In this document: in pieces, positions 1 through 8,675 of the stretch
How the letters are laid out: every line of letters begins with the position of its first letter
Position numbering within the stretch: position 1 is the stretch's first letter
IMG/VR virus record: IMGVR_UViG_3300032330_000753
Location: 1-29,571 of that record
Strand: one strand, 5' to 3'
Source of the DNA: a virus
Taxonomy: Duplodnaviria > Caudoviricetes
Length of the DNA: 29,571 nucleotides
Program-made: the position numbers and the translations under genes
The notes under the pieces: generated by a model
Databases searched by the model: none
The model's input: only the letters and a program-made list of their open reading frames with translations
Told to the model about the DNA's origin: nothing

Positions 1-123
1 ATACCAAATTCCTGTAATGTCTTCTTCTTCTTTATCATATGCAAGGCGACAGTTCTCAAATGGTAAGTGATTAATTTTAACAACACGAGTAAAATCCATT
101 GACCAAATTACTTCGGCACAAAA
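1..123. repeat. Terminal direct repeat, left copy (circular assembly overlap)
   Basis: Identical to 29449-29571; the portal frame continues across the join. Confidence 0.97.
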
Positions 124-378
124 TGAACCTTGAAGTTTTAAGTCAAAAGCAATACCTTGCAAAGCATTGTCGAGAATCGTTCCCGTTCCTTGTCCTTCAA
201 TCATATATGCAATTGAGTTCGTCAATGCATTATGAATAGGACTGTTGTAGTAAAGCGTTATGAGGTGCTGTGGGAATAAGTTATTAAAACCATAGTCAAT
301 CCAACCTGCACGATTTTCTTTCTCGATTGCTTCAACTGGTTCGTATGCCGATAAGTTAATTGCTTGAATATTGCTCAT
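1..378 (-). CDS. Portal protein, 5' part (continues across the origin into 29448-28126)
   Basis: ATG at 378 reads MSNIQAINLSAYEPVEAIEKENRAGWIDYGFNNLFPQHLITLYYNSPIHNAL... and is in frame (93 codons) with MDFTRVV of ORF 28126..29547. Confidence 0.85.
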   Translation of the reverse strand, partial: MSNIQAINLSAYEPVEAIEKENRAGWIDYGFNNLFPQHLITLYYNSPIHNALTNSIAYMIEGQGTGTILDNALQGIAFDLKLQGSFCAEVIWSMDFTRVVKINHLPFENCRLAYDKEEEDITGIWY

Positions 379-379
379 A

Positions 380-763
380 TTATGCACCTGTATAAATTAC
401 ATCGACAGGAATTGTCGGTGAAGAAACGTCAAAGTAAATTGTTCCGTCTTGTAAAATCATTAACCCCTTTTCAACCAATCCAACAACGGACGCGTCGGTA
501 GGTTCTATATTCGTTGAGCTGTTTTGACCATACACTTCGTAATGATAACGTCCTGCATCGACCAAACCAACAGTTGTTAGTCTTATTTTAGTCACACGTT
601 CGTTCTCGTTTATCACGTTCACTACTTGCGCGAGTTGTTCACCTGTCATTTCGTAAGTCATAACAAGCAAATAATGTGTAAAGGCAACGTTGAAATAGGC
701 ACGACCTTCGTCTAACGAAAGCCACGCGTATTGATTCGCTGTATTTGTGTTTAGGTATACCAT
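380..763 (-). CDS. Putative virion structural protein (possible head closure)
   Basis: 127-aa ORF between the major tail gene and the portal; function inferred from position only. Confidence 0.55.
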   Translation of the reverse strand: MVYLNTNTANQYAWLSLDEGRAYFNVAFTHYLLVMTYEMTGEQLAQVVNVINENERVTKIRLTTVGLVDAGRYHYEVYGQNSSTNIEPTDASVVGLVEKGLMILQDGTIYFDVSSPTIPVDVIYTGA

Positions 764-792
764 TCCCCTTTTCCCTTTACGTTAAAATTACA

Positions 793-821
793 ACACGTAG
801 GGACGCTTTGTCCCTATGTGT
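793..821. terminator. Intergenic hairpin after the major tail gene
   Basis: ACACGTAGGGAC-gcttt-GTCCCTATGTGT, a 12-bp stem; no strong U-tract. Confidence 0.5.
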
Positions 822-836
822 GTAAAAGTTTTTTGA

Positions 837-1349
837 TTAGTCAAGAAGTTCAGAAGGAGCAAGGCTCAATTTGTATGCACGCTTTGCAGCTTCGTGAGTG
901 AATGCCAAAGTGTATTGATTTGCGTCACCCAAAGTCGTTCCAGTTCCTGCTGTTGCAGTAGAAAGGTCTGCGCCATATTCGTAACCAACAGCCCACCAAT
1001 TTCCGTTTGTGTCTTCAACAAAGACAATCACGCGTGCAGTAGCAACATTTTGCAATTCCAAACGTTTTGCTGAACTTAATTTGTTCAACATTACGTTAAC
1101 CGTCTGCGTATAAAATACCGTTCCGTTGTCACGATTGAAGTTTATTGTTTCTTCAAACGATCCTGTTTGTGTAGGAAGTTCATAAGTAAACAAATCTCCT
1201 AAAACTGCGCCATTTATTGCGGTAACAACTTCACTTGCATCTAAAGTAAATGAAGTTACGTTTGTTTTGTCAACTAAAACAATTTGCTTAATTCCACCGA
1301 TGCCGTCTTTGCAATCGAGTGTAAAACCTGTGCTTAATTCACATGCCAT
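837..1349 (-). CDS. Major tail (tube) protein
   Basis: 170 aa; the MACELSTG..LDCKDGIGGIK start and G..LGD.N.Y.L.F end are typical of Bacteroidota siphophage tail tube proteins; follows the capsid gene. Confidence 0.75.
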   Translation of the reverse strand: MACELSTGFTLDCKDGIGGIKQIVLVDKTNVTSFTLDASEVVTAINGAVLGDLFTYELPTQTGSFEETINFNRDNGTVFYTQTVNVMLNKLSSAKRLELQNVATARVIVFVEDTNGNWWAVGYEYGADLSTATAGTGTTLGDANQYTLAFTHEAAKRAYKLSLAPSELLD

Positions 1350-1372
1350 ATTTGTATGTTTTTTATTAGCAC

Positions 1373-1407
1373 AAAAGAGGGGTGGTTTTTATGCCACCAC
1401 CTCTATT
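1373..1407 (-). terminator. Intrinsic terminator after the major capsid gene
   Basis: Minus strand AGAGGTGGTGGC-ATAAAA-ACCACCCCTCT followed by TTT. Confidence 0.65.
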
Positions 1408-1432
1408 ATGCAAGGGTTAGAATGGTCGTTGA

Positions 1433-2341
1433 TTATGCGTTGTAGTATGCGATTTCGTTTCCGATACCGAACTGAACACCAGCGAAGAAAGAAGCAGCAA
1501 AACGTACGTTGTCAGAAAGGTCATACTGATACATATCCAAAAGAGCAACGTTATTCCATTGATCCATCAAGTTAGTACCGAACCAAAGGTTTGACTTCTG
1601 TGCAAATACCATAGTATCATCTGACATACCCGGACACTCGATAATATCATACTGTCCGTTCCAAGTCATTTTAACTGCCTCTCCTTGATACAAGTAGTAA
1701 CCTGTTCCAAGAGCAAGGATAGCATTACGATAAGCCTCAGCAACGTTAGAAGAAATCATGATGATTGGCTTTTCAGTAGCACGACGAACGCGAACTGGTA
1801 AAGCAGCAACCAACAACTTGATTTTAGCAATTACGTTAGCTTCAGTGATTGCAACTGGAGTAGCAACTGCGTTAACACCACTTCCAACTGCAGAGAACAA
1901 TGTTTCAAATCCATCGTATTCACCAGTTGTAGCGTTAACTCCTTGCCACATTACGCGCTCGTTGTTAGCTGCAATACCAGCCATCATATTAGCGATAATT
2001 GCATCAGCTAAAGAAGCGTGCAATTGTCCATCTTGTTCTGACTTAGCTTCCCAATCTTTTAAGAAATCATTTTTACAAAGTTGACGTTGAACTTGGAATT
2101 TTTCCAAAGTCAAGATACGCTCACTTAATGCAACTGTTCCAAGTGGAGTAAAGTCACAAGTAGGTGCTTCGAAAGTAATGTTGTCAACTAATTTGCGAAC
2201 AACTTGCTTGTATTCAATGTTCTCTTTGAACGTAACCGCAGCAAGCGATTCGTTACTCAAAAATGCAGCGCGGATATATCCTGCCGCTTCTCTACCAGCG
2301 AATGTTGAACTGATAGGGTTAGGTGATAATGTAGTAGCCAT
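1433..2341 (-). CDS. Major capsid protein
   Basis: 302 aa, downstream of protease and scaffold genes and followed by a terminator; sequence style (IT..NVI, NLWFGTNL..D, NVRF) of Bacteroidota phage capsids. Confidence 0.8.
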   Translation of the reverse strand: MATTLSPNPISSTFAGREAAGYIRAAFLSNESLAAVTFKENIEYKQVVRKLVDNITFEAPTCDFTPLGTVALSERILTLEKFQVQRQLCKNDFLKDWEAKSEQDGQLHASLADAIIANMMAGIAANNERVMWQGVNATTGEYDGFETLFSAVGSGVNAVATPVAITEANVIAKIKLLVAALPVRVRRATEKPIIMISSNVAEAYRNAILALGTGYYLYQGEAVKMTWNGQYDIIECPGMSDDTMVFAQKSNLWFGTNLMDQWNNVALLDMYQYDLSDNVRFAASFFAGVQFGIGNEIAYYNA

Positions 2342-2359
2342 TTTTTATTGTTTGTTTTT

Positions 2360-2929
2360 TTATTTGTTTAAATGAAATACAAAACGCTCCTCAGCATTCA
2401 TCTTGTGATAAGACTTTGTAGGTACGTTTACTTTTGCTTGCTTTACTTCTTTGATAGAAGTCGCTGCAGGCTGTGCGCTTAGTTTTGTTACTTGCGAAGA
2501 AAGTTCTGCATTCGTCTTTTTAACGTCAGCAAGTTCACTTTCCAACTTAGCAACAAGCGAAAGAAGTCCTTCAACCTCTGCGCTTAGTGATTCTGAAGCC
2601 TGTTCTTCAGCTACAACCTCAACGGGTGCAACTTCTGCTTCTGGTGCTTCTTCTTCAATAGAAGCAATTTCTTCAACAAGTCCACCTGTTACAGTAACAA
2701 CTAAGCCTTCAGCGGTCTTGTATTCTCCGTCCATCAACGCAACCTCGTTTCCGTCTGCGTCTTTGCCGAATACACGAACACCAACAGCCCATACGTCGCT
2801 ATCTGAATAGATGCTTGTTCCGTCCTCTAAAATCGCTTCAACCATTTGTTTAACCTCAACTACTTCTTCAGCAGATAGGCTTACATTGTGTTTTGCGAAT
2901 AGAGCGTTTACTTTTTCTCGTAAATTCAT
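2360..2929 (-). CDS. Capsid scaffolding-like protein (start revised to 2929, 189 aa)
   Basis: Acidic, with a DGEY motif and C-terminal coiled coil, immediately upstream of the capsid gene; A-rich TIR before ATG 2929; the 24-aa extension to 3001 overlaps promoter signals. Confidence 0.65.
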   Translation of the reverse strand: MNLREKVNALFAKHNVSLSAEEVVEVKQMVEAILEDGTSIYSDSDVWAVGVRVFGKDADGNEVALMDGEYKTAEGLVVTVTGGLVEEIASIEEEAPEAEVAPVEVVAEEQASESLSAEVEGLLSLVAKLESELADVKKTNAELSSQVTKLSAQPAATSIKEVKQAKVNVPTKSYHKMNAEERFVFHLNK

Positions 2930-2959
2930 AATTCTGTTAATTGTTTGTTTGATGAGTAG

Positions 2960-2969
2960 ATATAAAAAC
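2960..2969 (-). promoter_or_regulatory. Candidate late promoter element GTTTTTATAT
   Basis: The same 10-mer lies a similar distance upstream of the TerS-like gene (15383-15392). Confidence 0.4.
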
Positions 2970-2970
2970 A

Positions 2971-2981
2971 AGTATATTTGT
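2971..2981 (+). promoter_or_regulatory. Bacteroidota sigma-A -7 element (AGTATATTTGT)
   Basis: Matches TAnnTTTG; identical 11-mer at 17519-17529 (+) and 16101-16091 (-). Confidence 0.65.
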
Positions 2982-2984
2982 TTC

Positions 2985-3057
2985 GTAATTCGCTTTTTCA
3001 TAGGTTGAATTTGATTTTTAGGTTTGACGGAGGGAGTAGTTACCCTCCGTTTTTTTT
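2985..3057 (+). ncRNA. Putative small RNA (about 70 nt), antisense-oriented within the late operon
   Basis: Bounded by the -7 promoter element and a plus-strand terminator; U-rich body with no credible ORF. Confidence 0.55.
3027..3057 (+). terminator. Intrinsic terminator
   Basis: ACGGAGGG-agtagtta-CCCTCCGT followed by T7. Confidence 0.8.
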
Positions 3058-3232
3058 ATCCTAAATTGTCGAGAATAGTATTCAGTATCTTCAACTCATC
3101 TTCATTCAAACCATACGTCTTAAAACCCATTTTACCGCCCTCATTCGTTATCTTCGTGAGTGCATTGAGAAACAGGTTAGCGTCGTCGTTGAATAATTCA
3201 ACCTTCAGGAAACCACCTGCTTCGATGTTCAT
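3056..3232 (-). CDS. Hypothetical protein (58 aa, not in ORF track)
   Basis: MNIEAGGFLKVELFNDD...LDNLG*; TAATG coupling to the protease stop codon. Confidence 0.7.
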   Translation of the reverse strand: MNIEAGGFLKVELFNDDANLFLNALTKITNEGGKMGFKTYGLNEDELKILNTILDNLG

Positions 3233-3813
3233 TACTCGCCTTTTAGAATTTCTTCTAACTCTTGAAGTAAAGAAGGAATTTGTTCGCTCAAATACATTTC
3301 TTTTTCAGCGATGAAGTTTCCTTCGATTGAGAAACCAAGAACTTCTTTGTTTTGAATCTGTTGCTTCACTTCTTCGTTGTCCACTTTCATGCAACCAAAC
3401 CAAGTACCTTCTGGAAGGTCAAAGCCGAAGTTCTTCGATTTGTCGTTTTCGCCTTCGATTATCCATGTTTCAACTAACGAAACACCTTCAACAACTTTCG
3501 CGTGTTCAACTGTTGCGTTGTTTTGGTTTGCTTGTTTTAAGTAGTTGTAAGCGATAGCGCGAATAGTATCCTTAGAATACTTAACGTAGTATTCTTCGTC
3601 CGTTTCGTCGTTGCGTCTGTAAATGAGTTGGTCGGGAATGAGTAACGCTCCGTACAATAGACCTCTAAAGTCTTCTTTGAACTTAACGTTGTGTTGTTCG
3701 CTTAATGCGACGAAATCGACTCCTATGGCAGGTTGTTCAACTACGCTAATTGCGTACACTCCGAGCAATCCTGCGTCGTCTATTCCGTATTCAATAACTT
3801 TAATTTTTTTCAT
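3232..3813 (-). CDS. Putative prohead serine protease, XkdF-like (start probably 3813)
   Basis: AISVVEQPAI, GALLIPDQLIYR, VEH, VETWI, LPEGTW and GFSIEG motifs. Confidence 0.8.
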   Translation of the reverse strand: MKKIKVIEYGIDDAGLLGVYAISVVEQPAIGVDFVALSEQHNVKFKEDFRGLLYGALLIPDQLIYRRNDETDEEYYVKYSKDTIRAIAYNYLKQANQNNATVEHAKVVEGVSLVETWIIEGENDKSKNFGFDLPEGTWFGCMKVDNEEVKQQIQNKEVLGFSIEGNFIAEKEMYLSEQIPSLLQELEEILKGE

Positions 3814-3826
3814 ATTGTTTATTTTT

Positions 3827-5842
3827 TTAACCGCCAAGGCGAGATTGATTTTGAATTAATTGTTGAGCCTCTAAATTGCTTGACACTTGCGTTCCAACGA
3901 CGTACGCTTGAAGTGGTGGTTGTTGTTGGTTAGGTTGGTTGCCTACAAAGGCGAAGTTGGCAGGTGAAGGGGCTGTTGTTCCGCCACCGTTTGATCCAAC
4001 ATCATTATTACCACCGCCACCACCTGCAAAGCGACCTATTGCCGTTCCTGCTATTGTAGCAATGGAAGCCGCAGCACGAAGTTTAGCACCAATAATTGCA
4101 GGAATCTTGATTGAAGCACCACCATCTGGTGACAAAGACCAAACAGGATTCGCGTTGTATGCGCTAATTTCTCGTTGGGTATTAACTACTACTTGCGCAA
4201 TAGCTAAAGCCTTGTCAAGTGCAAAAGCAATGTCAGCTGCTTTCTTATTCTTTGCGAATAGTGTTCCTAACAAATCAACAGAAGCAGAAGCAAGATTGAA
4301 TTTCGCGTCAACAAGTGCTTGTTCTGCGGCTAATTTATCTTCTGCTAATTTCTTCGCGTCTTCAAGTTCCTTATCTGCGTATTTCTTTTTTATCTCCGCT
4401 TCAGTTGCTAATTGCGCTTCTAAAAATGTAGTTGTGTCAATACCTCTTAAATCTGCTTCAGCAATTAAAGCGTCATATTTCTCTTTGTTTATTTGAAGTT
4501 CTTTGTCTTTGTCACTTAATAAACGAAGTTCGTTTTCTTTTGATTGTTGTTTTGCAATTTCATTGATAGCATTATAAGCCGCTCTAAATTCTTCAGCGGC
4601 TGAATTATCAATTTCAACTACTGCGTCTTTTTGCTCTTTAATTCCTTCTTTTACTATTTTGTTGACTTCTTCAACTTTAAGAAGTTCACCATTCCAAAGC
4701 ATAGCAGAAACCTTTTTTAAGTCGGCTTCTTCTTGAATCAATTTATTTAATTCCGCTTGCTTTGCTTTTACTGCGTCGCTTTCAGCTGCTCTTTCAACAT
4801 AGTTCTTTTTTTGCTCGTTGTTTACTTCAACAAAATTCTTGAATTTCTTTTCTTCTTCTTTATTGGCTTGCTCAATTTGCAAAGATTCTTGAATACGCAA
4901 CCCACCTATTTCAGCTTCTTTTTGTTTTATCAACTCTAAAGTCGCAATACGTTGCGTTTCTATAATTTGTTGTTGCTTTGCATTTTCAAGTTGTTCTTTG
5001 TATCCCTTATACAAAATAGAACGAGCGTAATCAATAGCACCTTGTCTATCTTTCTCTTGCTGGGCAGTTATGCTTGTAAGAAAATTACGCGCTTCGATAA
5101 GTTTGTTTTCCGCTTCACGAATGCCATTAATATCTCCAAGTTGCGTCTTGATTTCTAATTCGTTTTGCGCTGCCTTGATATTATTAGTCGCAATTTCTTT
5201 CTGGAGTTTTATCGCGTAAGTTGAATTAGCATTGCTAATCTTTTCAAGGTTTAGCTTTCCTTCAAGAATTTTGTTTTGTTGTTCAAGACCTTCATTTGCG
5301 CTTGTTAATTTTTCAACATTTTCAGCTGTTCCATTTACTGCACTTTGAATATCATCCCAATAAATAACCATTGCAGCTAACGCACCTGCTGCTAAAAAGA
5401 ATGGGTTAGCAATAACCGCTTTTCCAAGATTAGCTAAACCTGTAACAAGACCACCAACTTCATCTTTAAGCGTCTTAAAATCAATTCGAGAAACAGCGTT
5501 TCCCATTCCTGTTAAGGCTTGTCCTGCTCCCTTTAAGTCTAAATCCATAAGACGACTACCGAACAAACCAACATTATTAGAAAGACCTTCAAAAGCATTA
5601 CCCGCGTTGGCACTAATCTCTGCTGACAAGTCGGAAATGTTATCCTTTAACTCAGCAGCACGCGCGGACGCTTTCTTGAACTCTTCACTTGAAGAATCCA
5701 TTTGTAACAACTGCTGATTCAGAGCACGCAACTCAGCCTTCGCTGAACTAAACCCTGCCGCTGTATTTTCAGCCGCTGCTCCTGTCTGATTAAGGACATT
5801 GACAGCGTTAGTGGTTACATTAAAATCAATTGTATTCGCCAT
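3827..5842 (-). CDS. Tail tape measure protein
   Basis: 671 aa, Ala-rich, long coiled coils; C-terminal QAYVV...V...E motif. Confidence 0.75.
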   Translation of the reverse strand: MANTIDFNVTTNAVNVLNQTGAAAENTAAGFSSAKAELRALNQQLLQMDSSSEEFKKASARAAELKDNISDLSAEISANAGNAFEGLSNNVGLFGSRLMDLDLKGAGQALTGMGNAVSRIDFKTLKDEVGGLVTGLANLGKAVIANPFFLAAGALAAMVIYWDDIQSAVNGTAENVEKLTSANEGLEQQNKILEGKLNLEKISNANSTYAIKLQKEIATNNIKAAQNELEIKTQLGDINGIREAENKLIEARNFLTSITAQQEKDRQGAIDYARSILYKGYKEQLENAKQQQIIETQRIATLELIKQKEAEIGGLRIQESLQIEQANKEEEKKFKNFVEVNNEQKKNYVERAAESDAVKAKQAELNKLIQEEADLKKVSAMLWNGELLKVEEVNKIVKEGIKEQKDAVVEIDNSAAEEFRAAYNAINEIAKQQSKENELRLLSDKDKELQINKEKYDALIAEADLRGIDTTTFLEAQLATEAEIKKKYADKELEDAKKLAEDKLAAEQALVDAKFNLASASVDLLGTLFAKNKKAADIAFALDKALAIAQVVVNTQREISAYNANPVWSLSPDGGASIKIPAIIGAKLRAAASIATIAGTAIGRFAGGGGGNNDVGSNGGGTTAPSPANFAFVGNQPNQQQPPLQAYVVGTQVSSNLEAQQLIQNQSRLGG

Positions 5843-6061
5843 TTAGAATAGTAGTTTATATAAGATAAATATCCAAAAGGCTACGTTTACCGAAATACGC
5901 GTCACTTTCCACGCGTAGTGCTTCCACATTTGTAGCTTACGCTTTCCGTTAGCAATCTTTCCAAAATTACTTTCGCTCTTTACGTTCAACTTAATGAACT
6001 CCAAACAAGCGACCATTGCGCCTGCTTTATTTTGAAGATGTTCCTTTGAAGTCGCTTCCAT
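5843..6061 (-). CDS. Small membrane protein
   Basis: 72 aa with a C-terminal hydrophobic helix; abuts the tape measure start. Confidence 0.6.
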   Translation of the reverse strand: MEATSKEHLQNKAGAMVACLEFIKLNVKSESNFGKIANGKRKLQMWKHYAWKVTRISVNVAFWIFILYKLLF

Positions 6062-8675
6062 TTGATATTATTGTTATTGTGTCACCCATTCCGGTAAAGG
6101 TCACGCTTCCGCTTCCCTCAACCGTTTCACCTGTGTATGCTTGAACTGTTACGTTGTTTGGCGCAACTGACTTTTGAATTATCAATTCACGTCCTGCTGT
6201 CGTCTTTGCAGAAGGCAAATAAACAGTAATGTCACCTGCTGTTGTATCTACGAAAATCATTCTGTCGAAATTCGTTACAACGTAGTCAGTCGTTATCGTC
6301 TTAACTGGTTGACTGATTGCACCGCTGAAGCTAACAGGCGCACCAAATTTTGTTGGTGCTAACGAAGGTACTTGTTGCGTGATGAATGAACGTGTTCCGT
6401 TGTTGGGTTGCGAGTAGCAATTGTTTTTCGCGCTGTTCCAATTGTAACCAAAACGAAGACAACAGTCTTGCGTTACTGACGCAGGATCACCATTGGCATT
6501 TTCCCAATTCAAAGATTGGTCAAGGTTAGCCGACACAGGTTTAAGGTCGCAGTCATTGTCGATGTCAAGAATGCGAATGAGTCTAACTTTTGTTAAGTCT
6601 TGCTCACCAACCACATAACCTTCGATGTCTAACACGCGCCACCAAGAATCAATAATCCAAATCTTGTCTGAAAATTGAAACGTGAATATGTCATTCAATG
6701 TTAGTGCGAACATTCCCTCTAAGATGCGCGCTTGTCCATCGAATAATTCGCGATAGTAATTTCTCCACCAACGATTGTAAAGATTCTCATATGGGTTTGC
6801 AATGATTGTATGCGGTGGTATTTCGGGAGCGAAGTTGAGGTCTTTATCCGTCACCGTTGCGTTCATCGTTGAGTAGTTATTTAGACACTTCACTGCTGTT
6901 TGTACAACGTTACCGCTTACTTCGTCGTACATATTCACAAAGAAGTCTGCGAAGTAATAAAGAATGCGTGGTTTTGGTTGCACGAATTGACCTTCGCTAT
7001 TCAAGAATTTAGGTACGACAACGTCTGTATTTTCAACAGGTGCTGAGGGTGTAGAAGCAAATGCTAACTCAACCTTTTCTTCGCCTGTCGCGAACTCGTT
7101 GATTACTTCGAAATCGCTTTCTGTTACTTCATAACGTCCGTATGTGCGTCCGTTGTCTTTGTAGACTGAATTGAAATAGTCGCCGTCTTCGGTGTATGTG
7201 AAAGAAAACTTCGCCTTTTGTAGGTCGGTTGTTGGTGAATACATAATGTCTTTCGATAAGTCCAACTTATGCGACCAATCAAGCGTATTACCACTTGCGA
7301 TATATTCAACCATTGGCTCAATCTTGAGCGTGTTAGGAAGCGTCTTATCTGCAACAAAAACAAGGTTGAACATCTTTTGAATTGATGTAATGAAATCAAT
7401 TTGCTTCATATCTGGAGCGTTGAACTCCATTAAGCAAGTGTCACCTGTCAATCCTGTTCCAACACTTACTAATTCAACACCTGTTCCTGTGTAATCGTTT
7501 GCTCCGTTACCTACAAATTCAATGTCAAATGTTGATGTGTTATAAACTCCACCAACACCTTCAATTTTTATTTTCAAAGTATCTCCTGCGTTTAACGAAA
7601 GAGTAACTGTATTATCTTTTAAGAAAGTGTGTGAATATAAATTTGAATTATCCGTAAAATTATTGAATGAAGAATCTACAAATACGTCGTTGACATAATA
7701 GAAATAACTCAAAATTAAATCGGTTACATAGTTACTTCCTGAAGAAGTTGCCGTTCCATTTGCCCAAATTCGAAAAGTAAATTGACCGCTAAAAGGCGCT
7801 GTATAAATTCCACCGCTCCAATCATTTCCAACGTCTTCATATTCGGTTAATGGCAAGTATAGATTTTTAATGTTATTTGTTGGTGTAAATGTAAACATTT
7901 GATTTGTTGCGTAAGCTAACGTACTTGCAACGTCATTTAACCCCAACGAACTATTCAAATATTGACCATTAACAAAAGGAACGTAAACGTTTTCGAGAAT
8001 TTCTTCAAGATAATTGCTTTGATATTGAATACCAGCATCTGCAAGAATCTGATTGAATAAATAAAACGCGCTTACTGAAGGTGTTAAGTGACCAACATAA
8101 AGCGGTTTATAGGTTGGTTGTCCTCCAATAGTAGTAGAATAGATAGGTTGACCTTCAACATTACTTGCCGTCAAATTCCACTTATCACAAAGCGTCAGTT
8201 TAACATATTGATGATGGCTACCCTCAACATATTCATGAAGTAAATCGTAGTCAAGGTCACCCGCGACAATCGATTCAATATCTTTGAGTTTCTTTTCATT
8301 TAATAAACGAGCAAGGTTTGGTACTTCACCGAAGAATACAACCTCAAATTCGAATAACTTACCACTTTGCCAATATAACTTCTTGACCTGAATGTGACCA
8401 CTTGCAATGGGAATAGTATTCACCGTCAACACAGCATCAACCTTCTTGCGAAAGTCAAACCATCCGTCGAAATTTACGTTGAAAATAGCACCGAAGAAAT
8501 CGACATTCGTCTTACTTGCAGGAACGCGAAACTCCTGCGAGTAATTTCCTACGGAAGCGAAGTCAGTTATGTCCGTGAACTTGTAGTTCAAGTGCATCTT
8601 CTCATTCTCATATAAGTCGAGAATTGCGCTGTTGCCGTTACTATCCGTTAGCGTTAAAATTACTTGATTCATCAT
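6027..8675 (-). CDS. Large tail tip/baseplate hub-like protein
   Basis: 882 aa; YSQEFRVPASKTN and KMFNLV motifs; C-terminal fibre-type module DTTAGDITVYLPSA. Confidence 0.7.
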   Translation of the reverse strand: MMNQVILTLTDSNGNSAILDLYENEKMHLNYKFTDITDFASVGNYSQEFRVPASKTNVDFFGAIFNVNFDGWFDFRKKVDAVLTVNTIPIASGHIQVKKLYWQSGKLFEFEVVFFGEVPNLARLLNEKKLKDIESIVAGDLDYDLLHEYVEGSHHQYVKLTLCDKWNLTASNVEGQPIYSTTIGGQPTYKPLYVGHLTPSVSAFYLFNQILADAGIQYQSNYLEEILENVYVPFVNGQYLNSSLGLNDVASTLAYATNQMFTFTPTNNIKNLYLPLTEYEDVGNDWSGGIYTAPFSGQFTFRIWANGTATSSGSNYVTDLILSYFYYVNDVFVDSSFNNFTDNSNLYSHTFLKDNTVTLSLNAGDTLKIKIEGVGGVYNTSTFDIEFVGNGANDYTGTGVELVSVGTGLTGDTCLMEFNAPDMKQIDFITSIQKMFNLVFVADKTLPNTLKIEPMVEYIASGNTLDWSHKLDLSKDIMYSPTTDLQKAKFSFTYTEDGDYFNSVYKDNGRTYGRYEVTESDFEVINEFATGEEKVELAFASTPSAPVENTDVVVPKFLNSEGQFVQPKPRILYYFADFFVNMYDEVSGNVVQTAVKCLNNYSTMNATVTDKDLNFAPEIPPHTIIANPYENLYNRWWRNYYRELFDGQARILEGMFALTLNDIFTFQFSDKIWIIDSWWRVLDIEGYVVGEQDLTKVRLIRILDIDNDCDLKPVSANLDQSLNWENANGDPASVTQDCCLRFGYNWNSAKNNCYSQPNNGTRSFITQQVPSLAPTKFGAPVSFSGAISQPVKTITTDYVVTNFDRMIFVDTTAGDITVYLPSAKTTAGRELIIQKSVAPNNVTVQAYTGETVEGSGSVTFTGMGDTITIISNGSDFKGTSSK

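Noticed and set aside
1-123. Biological terminal repeats or attL/attR
   Set aside because: The repeat lies inside the portal gene and is exact, which fits an assembler overlap; no integrase seen
2930-3001. N-terminal extension MKKRITKQ... of the scaffold ORF
   Set aside because: It overlaps promoter motifs and the antisense sRNA, and ATG 2929 has its own TIR; not fully excluded
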